From the IMG/VR virus record IMGVR_UViG_3300045988_169928, positions 32,001-96,000 of that record: a stretch of 64,000 bases of DNA. One strand, 5' to 3'. How positions within the stretch are numbered: the first letter of the stretch is position 1; every line of letters begins with the position of its first letter. This DNA is from a virus. A program made the position numbers and the translations under genes. This document shows, piece after piece, positions 57,544 to 64,000 of this stretch. Under the pieces are notes generated by a model that worked only from the letters and a program-made list of their open reading frames with translations, was not told the origin of the DNA and ran no database searches.

Positions 57544-57936
57544 ATGACAATGGATAATCAAGCAGAATTAGTAAACAAGTTGAGTGACCAAGTTCCCCAG
57601 ATGTTAGAGGATATTAATAAGCTAACTAAGAAGTTAGATGATTTAGAACGAAAGGCTAAGGAAACTCAAGCGTTGTGCAATGAGTTGAAGCAAGGTCAAC
57701 CTAAGCGACAAAAGGGTGGAGTTAAGATTAGTTTTGCCCCGCTAGATTCCGGTCTTAAATTCCAAGAATTGGTCTTTAGCAATGTTAGTGAAGCTGAATC
57801 AGCCTTGGGTTCTTCTCGTGGTTCCATTGGTAAGCGGTTGGCAGGTAAGATTAAGTCACTTTCTTTCAATGCGACTTATAAGGGTAAGGAAGGAATTGCA
57901 GTTGTTAAGGTAACACCACACATTGAATTACCATAG
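57544..57936 (+). CDS. Coiled-coil protein with a C-terminal NUMOD1-like HTH motif.
   Basis: The likely start is MTMDNQ.. at 57544 (RBS GGAGTGAAAG). FSNVSEAESALGSSRGSIGKRLAGK resembles the NUMOD1 / homing-endonuclease-associated DNA-binding motif. Confidence 0.4.
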   Translation: MTMDNQAELVNKLSDQVPQMLEDINKLTKKLDDLERKAKETQALCNELKQGQPKRQKGGVKISFAPLDSGLKFQELVFSNVSEAESALGSSRGSIGKRLAGKIKSLSFNATYKGKEGIAVVKVTPHIELP

Positions 57937-57938
57937 TT

Positions 57939-59066
57939 TTGGAGGCGAAACCAATGAAGTTACTGGTTGCTAGTGATATTCACTTAACTAATTACAACGC
58001 TTTTAACGAAGAAATTTCAGGCCAACCCCAAACTGGTTCCCGGCTTAACTATCTGTTAAGTGCTTTATCTTATTTTTTCTGTTATGGTCGAGATCGTGGT
58101 ATTATGCACTATGTAATTAATGGTGACTTATTTGATAAGCGCCAACGGGATAACCCAGCTACCCTAGCTTATATCCGGGCTTGGCTTGCTGGCTGTGCGA
58201 TTAATTTACCTAAGGAAGCGAAGGTATATTTTAATGTTGGTAATCATGACGAGTTAGGACGTGACGTATACCCAAATTCGTTAGTTGATTTTCCTTACTT
58301 AGATAGCCGATTTGTTGTTGTTAATAAAGTTCAGTTGTTTAGTCTGAATGATGATTCTAAATTATTCTTTGTTCCCTACACCGAGAATGTAGAGCAGAGT
58401 AAGAAGGATATTAAAGAATCAATTAAGTACATGAAAGGGCCAACTACTGTCTTTGCACACACTGGTGTTGAAGGCGGTGTCCAAGGACGTTGGCAACATA
58501 GACTAGAGGGTGCTTATAGTTTATCTGATCTAGGATATGACCAACCTAATGTTAAAGCCGTTATCTTGGGACATTATCACAACCGTTACTTTATTAAGAA
58601 ACAACCCAAGCCAGCTTGGTATGTTGGAGATTTACTGGGTTTATCTTTTAATGATTTAAATAAAGATGGTAGTGGGGCTGACCGGGGCTTTGATGAGATT
58701 GATACATTAACTGGTAAGCATACCTTTGTTAATCTGTCTAAGCTATACCCTACCTTTAATCAATTTGATTATGATGAAAGCAAGGTATCAGCATATCAGG
58801 AATTAGCTAAGGATAATTACCTCAAGTTAGTGTTTAGTGACAATAATACCCTGTCAGAGTTCATGAGTGGCCCATACAAGGACTTTAACCAAGCTCATGT
58901 ACAATTATCTATTAGCCCTGCTAAAACGTCTGAAAAAGCCTTAGACGAGGAATTAGAACACAATGCAAGTGACTATGAATTAGTTAAGTCCTATTGTGAG
59001 GATAAATATCCCGAGGTTACAAAGTCCGCACTCAACTACCTAATGAAAGCAAGGGAAAGTGATTGA
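57939..59066 (+). CDS. Calcineurin-like phosphoesterase; SbcD/Mre11-type nuclease.
   Basis: ORF of 375 aa with the motifs LVASDIHL, INGDLFDKRQ, VGNHDELG and LGHYHNRY. Confidence 0.7.
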   Translation: MEAKPMKLLVASDIHLTNYNAFNEEISGQPQTGSRLNYLLSALSYFFCYGRDRGIMHYVINGDLFDKRQRDNPATLAYIRAWLAGCAINLPKEAKVYFNVGNHDELGRDVYPNSLVDFPYLDSRFVVVNKVQLFSLNDDSKLFFVPYTENVEQSKKDIKESIKYMKGPTTVFAHTGVEGGVQGRWQHRLEGAYSLSDLGYDQPNVKAVILGHYHNRYFIKKQPKPAWYVGDLLGLSFNDLNKDGSGADRGFDEIDTLTGKHTFVNLSKLYPTFNQFDYDESKVSAYQELAKDNYLKLVFSDNNTLSEFMSGPYKDFNQAHVQLSISPAKTSEKALDEELEHNASDYELVKSYCEDKYPEVTKSALNYLMKARESD

Positions 59067-60892
59067 TTAAGTTATTAATTGGCAACATTAACATTAAATT
59101 AGTGTTTGAAGATCTACCTGATAAAGAGGTTAAGTGGGTTAAGAAACAAATTCATAATACTTTAGACCCGCTTGACCCACAGCGGTACCATAAGAAAGCC
59201 TACAACCAACGAGATAAGTTCGGGAGTCGTTTCTGGGACGGCCGCATAAAGGTCTGTGACTTAGATAATAATTTAGTTCCCACTGGTTTATATGATGAGT
59301 TAATTAAACTATTGGACACTGCCATTGTTCCCCAAGGCTTTCAGTATTCCTATGAAGATCAACGTAAGCCCCAACTATTAGTTAAAGTTCCTGATCAAAT
59401 TGATTTAAAGGACTTAATGGGTGATGGCAAGGATATAACCTTGCGTGACTACCAATATTCGTCTGTAAGAAGTGCTTTTGATAATCAAGTAGGGATTGTC
59501 TTGTTAGCCACTAACGCAGGTAAGACGAGTGTAGCTGTTAGTATATTCAAGTTTTTATTAGAGCAACGCCTCAAGGATAACGAAAAGCTGTTGTTCATTG
59601 CACCTAACACCAGTGTAATGAACCAGCTTTTTCATGATTATCAACGATATATTGGTGCAGATAAGGTTGGTATTTGGGGTGATAGTAAGAAGGATTTAAC
59701 TAAGCCAATTATTGTTGCTACTTACCAAACCCTTAACTCAACCCTCAAAAAACCAGAGGTTAAGTTAACCAAGAAGAAAGATAAGCATTTAGAGCGGTTT
59801 GCAGTTACTTATCACAATATGATTTTCGATCATGGAGATCCTTATACCAACTTGAAATTGTTAGCACTAAACTTGAAGCCCAAGTACAAGTATCAAGCTG
59901 ACGATCCCCAAGATCTAAAAGACATTTATTCAGTAGTTTCTAATTCAAAACAAACCAAAGAATACTTTGATGGTTTATATAAAAAGTATAAAAAGTTAGT
60001 ATATAAGAACCATAAAGATGAGTTTGAACGATATGACGAGTGTAGGGACTTATTAAATAGTGTGGTTGCTACAATTGTTGATGAGTGTCAAGGGGCTGGG
60101 GCACCATCATATTGGAACATTTTCCAAGAACTGAATAATTCCCGTATGCGGATTGGTTTAACTGGTACCATGCCTAAACAGGATAAGTTAAAGATGGTTC
60201 GTATTAAAGCCTTGCTAGGGATGCCCATTGCTAATATTTCTAATGACGAGATGATTAAACGGGGTTTCTCGGCTAAGCCTCATATTAAGATGGTTAAAGT
60301 TGATCAGCCGGTTGACCTTGAGCAAAGAGTAGGGGCGGAACTACAACGCCGGGCTAATCGAGGAATGATTACTGGTGACCTAGTTAATTACCAACTAGCC
60401 TATCGTTTAGGGGTTATTGATAATGAATACTACAATCAAGTAGTTTCTAACATTGCTTTTAAGGCCAGTGAACGGGTTAAGAAGCATGGTAAAGCAGTTA
60501 TGGTGATGGTTAATTCTCTGGAACACGGGGAGAACATTGCCAAGAAACTGGATAAACTCGGTGCTAAGTATGACTATGTAAAAGGTGAAGATGATACCGA
60601 AACTAGAGAGAAAGTCTTAGATCGGGTACGGAGTGGTGAATTACCAATTGTAATTGCCACTAAGATTTTTGAAGTAGGTATTAACTGTCCTAACATTCAG
60701 GTATTTGTTCAATGTAGTGGTGGTAAGTCTTATGTATCATTAATGCAACGGATTGGTCGGATTCTTCGTATTCAAGAAGATAAACATGACGTTTATGTAT
60801 TTGATCTAGTTAATACCAATTCCGATATATTGTACCGTCAGGCTCAAGAACGGTATCGTCAGTACCAACAGGAAGGATTTGACATTTCATGA
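59063..60892 (+). CDS. SF2 DNA helicase (DExQ).
   Basis: ORF of 609 aa. Walker A is LLATNAGKTSVA. The DECQ box is TIVDECQGAG. The C-terminal helicase domain is VIATKIFEVGINCPN...QRIGRILR. Confidence 0.75.
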   Translation: MIKLLIGNINIKLVFEDLPDKEVKWVKKQIHNTLDPLDPQRYHKKAYNQRDKFGSRFWDGRIKVCDLDNNLVPTGLYDELIKLLDTAIVPQGFQYSYEDQRKPQLLVKVPDQIDLKDLMGDGKDITLRDYQYSSVRSAFDNQVGIVLLATNAGKTSVAVSIFKFLLEQRLKDNEKLLFIAPNTSVMNQLFHDYQRYIGADKVGIWGDSKKDLTKPIIVATYQTLNSTLKKPEVKLTKKKDKHLERFAVTYHNMIFDHGDPYTNLKLLALNLKPKYKYQADDPQDLKDIYSVVSNSKQTKEYFDGLYKKYKKLVYKNHKDEFERYDECRDLLNSVVATIVDECQGAGAPSYWNIFQELNNSRMRIGLTGTMPKQDKLKMVRIKALLGMPIANISNDEMIKRGFSAKPHIKMVKVDQPVDLEQRVGAELQRRANRGMITGDLVNYQLAYRLGVIDNEYYNQVVSNIAFKASERVKKHGKAVMVMVNSLEHGENIAKKLDKLGAKYDYVKGEDDTETREKVLDRVRSGELPIVIATKIFEVGINCPNIQVFVQCSGGKSYVSLMQRIGRILRIQEDKHDVYVFDLVNTNSDILYRQAQERYRQYQQEGFDIS

Positions 60893-61137
60893 AAAAGAGA
60901 GCTACTATTTTATATAATATTCATACCAACAAGGGGTATCGATACGGTTCCCGTGCGGACGCCGCTATTGCGTGTAATGTAACTGGGGCCAAAGTGGGTA
61001 ACGTATGTAATTTAAAGGACAAGCATTTACTCGTTGACGATACCTACACTGCCTTTTATGCCGATGATTATACAGTTGATAATGTTCAAGAACGCATGGC
61101 CAAGATCAAAGAATCATACCCCGACTTGCTAGATTAA
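60889..61137 (+). CDS. Small hypothetical protein.
   Basis: ORF of 82 aa. Confidence 0.4.
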   Translation: MKKRATILYNIHTNKGYRYGSRADAAIACNVTGAKVGNVCNLKDKHLLVDDTYTAFYADDYTVDNVQERMAKIKESYPDLLD

Positions 61138-61156
61138 GTAAGAAGGTGGTGATTAA

Positions 61157-62158
61157 ATGGCTGATAGTAATAAGAGCAGTTCTAACTCAAATAATAGTAG
61201 TAATGCTCAAGCAGAATCAAGTAAGTTAATGCTTGTACCGGAGGAGATTACCCCGGTTGCACACGCAACAGACAAAGAAACTTTAAGGTATGCTCACAGT
61301 GTATCTTATGTGCCATCAGTAGTTATCTCGACCATTGAAGGGACATATCCTTTGGTTCCACGCAACTACTCACATTACTTGCCTAATGGCGCCAGAGAAG
61401 ATTTTATCGATGACATTATCAGTCTACAAACACAGAACTTGATGAGTAATGATATTCCAACTTGTACTATCACTCTTGGAGATCAATACGATTGGAGTTC
61501 TGTTTTGTCAGTTAATGATTTAATTCGTATCGATTTAGTTTTACCGGTTGGTAGTAGTGGTAATAATGATTCTCTTAAACCAAATGTTTCCCTTGCTAAC
61601 AAGCGGTGGCAGTTAAAGACTAGCGGTAGTGGAGATAATACTACTTATTCGACTGAATTTGAAGATACAATTTCTTACTTTCAAGGGGACGCTAATACCC
61701 AAGTTGACGCCATTAAGTACAACATTTACTATGGTCTGGTTTCGTCTTTGTCTAGAAACACTTCTTATAGTTCTAGCCAAACCACCTACACCATTGTTGG
61801 TCAAGGTATGGCAAAGATTCTTTCTAGTATTCAGTTAGCAAGTTTTAGTGAATTATCAGCTAACCTAAGTGGTTATCAAATGTTACCCGATGATGAAAAG
61901 ACCGGGATTGCTTTTGGTAATCATACCAGTGCCAATATCATAAAACAGATTATCAATCGGTTTATTCTTCAAAACCAAAGTGGAAGTAACACTTATGATT
62001 TTGAAAGTGTTAATGATAATTCATATGGGATTGGTATTACAACTCGTTCTACCGCAGTTCAGGTTGATTGGTGGGGCGATCTAATGGGAAATGCGATTAG
62101 CGAGGACACCTATTCAGCATATATGGATAGCATTGCCAATAATGGTGGCAATAGTTAG
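61157..62158 (+). CDS. Hypothetical structural (baseplate-associated?) protein.
   Basis: ORF of 333 aa with the RBS AAGGTGGTGA. It directly precedes the hub-like gene. Confidence 0.4.
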   Translation: MADSNKSSSNSNNSSNAQAESSKLMLVPEEITPVAHATDKETLRYAHSVSYVPSVVISTIEGTYPLVPRNYSHYLPNGAREDFIDDIISLQTQNLMSNDIPTCTITLGDQYDWSSVLSVNDLIRIDLVLPVGSSGNNDSLKPNVSLANKRWQLKTSGSGDNTTYSTEFEDTISYFQGDANTQVDAIKYNIYYGLVSSLSRNTSYSSSQTTYTIVGQGMAKILSSIQLASFSELSANLSGYQMLPDDEKTGIAFGNHTSANIIKQIINRFILQNQSGSNTYDFESVNDNSYGIGITTRSTAVQVDWWGDLMGNAISEDTYSAYMDSIANNGGNS

Positions 62159-62169
62159 GGGGTATAGTT

Positions 62170-64000
62170 ATGGCAGATAAAGATAAAGATAGTAAATCAA
62201 GTTCTAGTTCTAATAACGCTAGTCTTTACGCTAACATGATGAATATCCCACTTGCGGTTGCCGATGGTGATGATATTCCAATGCAAAATCTGGTTGAGTT
62301 TGATATATGGGAAAACTTAGATGAAAGTTACCCTCCTGATACTGGGACTTCTAATCCATATACAAACTACAATGGTTCCATCTTACAAATGATTAAAGAT
62401 GTATCATCGCAACCATTTAACGAAATGTTCTGGACAAATGTACGTGGGATTCCAACTTTTGTATATCGACCAACCCCTTTTGACCCCGAGAATTGGAAGG
62501 GTCTAACTACTAACACCATTCCAACTGAATTAATTACAGATATTAGCATTGAAAATAGTGATAGTGAGCAATCAGCAGTCTTTAAGATTACCCCTACCCA
62601 AAACCTTGGGGACACCACTTATTCAGGAGGAATCAATGCTAATCTTTATCCTTTGACTAACTTAGATCTAGTTCGCCGTTATGGCTATAAGCTCATGGAA
62701 GCTAATACAGATTATTTTAATGGTCAAACACTAGAATTAGATAGTCAGTCACATACGCCCGGAACCACCTATGCAGATAGTGAAGCGATGAAGGGTTACA
62801 CGGATAAGACGGCTCAACTACACTATCCCCCATATACTAGCATTGTGGACGCTTTCTATCTTACTAGTGGGCGTAAAGGTTCTAATGCTAACTTGTCAAT
62901 TCCAAAAGAGTATGGTGGTAGTACCGCTTATAATGCGGTAATGAATGCGTTAAAGGCAACCAATTCTAATGTGGCGTTCTTTAATTCAATTAGTAGTTAT
63001 GGTATTACTAAGGAGCAGGCTAATTCATTGTGGCTAAGTAAAAACTCAATGAGTACCACTAAGTATCTTAGTATCATTGCCCCGAATTATGTACCAACGA
63101 CTACTAATTTAGCTAAAGACACTACTTACTTGAAGTCATATAAAGCCATGAAACAAAACCCTAAAAAGGCGGCCAGTGAATTAATTGGCTTATTGGGGTA
63201 TTCGATTGGTAGTAAACAGGCTTATGAAATGGTTGAGTATGCAATTAATAATGGGGGAACCATTTCAGAAAGTGCCTACAACCAGATTAGAAGCCAATAT
63301 AAGATCACTGATACCGAAGATGGGGTTAGTGGATCTCCAATGAATGGTAATGATTCCGTTAATTTCTTCTTTGCTAGGTATAGTGAGAAGCTGTTTAATT
63401 GGTATGCGGATAACGCTAAGTTTTATTCAGGAACCATAACCTTTGCTGGGCTTGAAAGTGAGCAAACCACTTTTAAAGAGAATAACTTTATTGGTACTCG
63501 GATCTACTTTTATGATCGAGCAAATGGAACTTACTGGGAATTTTATTGTGAGGGTGAACAGTACAGCTTTGACTTTTCTAATGGTTTAATGGTTACTCTT
63601 ACCATTACTCGAGGGGTTCCTTTAGGTGATGATATTACCAATACTAATAAGCGTTTCTCGAATGAATGGTCTTTTTGGGGCACCTTTACCAACTTTGTTG
63701 GTGGGTACTTTGGGGAGCAGACCTTAGCGGCGGCGATTGAGAATGCCACACCAGATTCAGGTAGTTCTAGTTCATCTTCTGGTAGTGATGGTGATATTGT
63801 TTCCTTTGCTAAGAAGGTGGAGGGTAAGAATTGGTCTTACTCCCAAGCTAATCGAACTAATTTTGGGGATATTGGTAAACCAAAGGATAGTGGGTCAGCA
63901 GACTGTTCAAGTTTTGTATGGTATGTTTTAAAATCGTGTGGTTATCAAACAAGTGATAGTCCGTGGACAACTTTTTCAATGGAACCATATCTCGACCAAA
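62170..64000 (+). CDS. Baseplate hub / tail-associated lysin-like protein with an NlpC/P60 (CHAP-like) peptidase domain. It is partial and runs off the window end.
   Basis: ATG at 62170 with the RBS TAGGGGGT. The frame is open for 610 codons to the window edge. It is absent from the ORF track because it crosses the edge. IYFYDRANGTYWEFYCEGEQYSFDFSNGLMVTLTITRG resembles the gpD / gp27-like hub C-terminal block. A Ser-rich linker (SGSSSSSSGSDGD) follows, then ...GSADCSSFVWYVLKSCGY, a catalytic-Cys motif of NlpC/P60 or CHAP type. Confidence 0.55.
   Translation, partial: MADKDKDSKSSSSSNNASLYANMMNIPLAVADGDDIPMQNLVEFDIWENLDESYPPDTGTSNPYTNYNGSILQMIKDVSSQPFNEMFWTNVRGIPTFVYRPTPFDPENWKGLTTNTIPTELITDISIENSDSEQSAVFKITPTQNLGDTTYSGGINANLYPLTNLDLVRRYGYKLMEANTDYFNGQTLELDSQSHTPGTTYADSEAMKGYTDKTAQLHYPPYTSIVDAFYLTSGRKGSNANLSIPKEYGGSTAYNAVMNALKATNSNVAFFNSISSYGITKEQANSLWLSKNSMSTTKYLSIIAPNYVPTTTNLAKDTTYLKSYKAMKQNPKKAASELIGLLGYSIGSKQAYEMVEYAINNGGTISESAYNQIRSQYKITDTEDGVSGSPMNGNDSVNFFFARYSEKLFNWYADNAKFYSGTITFAGLESEQTTFKENNFIGTRIYFYDRANGTYWEFYCEGEQYSFDFSNGLMVTLTITRGVPLGDDITNTNKRFSNEWSFWGTFTNFVGGYFGEQTLAAAIENATPDSGSSSSSSGSDGDIVSFAKKVEGKNWSYSQANRTNFGDIGKPKDSGSADCSSFVWYVLKSCGYQTSDSPWTTFSMEPYLDQ

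Noticed and set aside
1-64000. Prophage boundaries, an integrase and attachment sites.
   Set aside because: No tyrosine or serine recombinase-like ORF, no repressor-scale CI, and no flanking bacterial genes are visible. The tRNAs lie internal with phage-type promoters. The window reads as continuous phage DNA.

Overview
This window reads as a contiguous piece of a large tailed dsDNA phage genome. It is AT-rich, and the LysM-rich lysin, the Apf-like protein and the codon bias point to a host in Lactobacillaceae or Lactobacillales. I see no integrase or attachment sites, so it is probably a virulent phage rather than a prophage. A minus-strand block (1..23769) encodes tail and baseplate genes. 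It ends in a giant tail-fibre gene of more than 2,640 codons with collagen-like repeats, which runs off the window start. Between 23875 and 26611 a short plus-strand block of four unassigned genes runs convergently into the minus-strand head and packaging genes. The block 26718..42352 holds head and packaging genes (scaffold, prohead protease, capsid candidate, portal, large terminase), a lysis cassette with a signal-peptide GH25 + 4xLysM endolysin, a free-standing HNH endonuclease, a secreted Apf-like protein and a HIRAN-domain protein. Two ORF-free, structured regions stand out: about 1.4 kb at 42650..44067, just upstream of two tRNA genes, and about 0.6 kb at 50881..51495. I read both as candidate large ornate ncRNAs of the GOLLD/ROOL kind, which are known to be phage-borne in Lactobacillales. 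From 44128 to the end, plus-strand genes include tRNA-Thr and tRNA-Ser, a family-A DNA polymerase, an Ant/KilAC antirepressor-like protein, a putative homing endonuclease inserted at the 3' end of a structural gene with a recoded duplicate of that gene's last 18-22 codons, a tail-sheath-like protein, a compact intergenic array of two promoter/short-transcript/terminator units plus a third promoter, small early-type genes including a paralogous pair, an SbcD/Mre11-like nuclease, an SF2 helicase, and a second tail cluster (hub-like protein with an NlpC/P60-type peptidase domain, running off the window end). Other points of note are the frameshift geometry at the tail-chaperone overlap, where the T frame is +1 rather than -1, and a glutaredoxin-like gene inside the tail operon.
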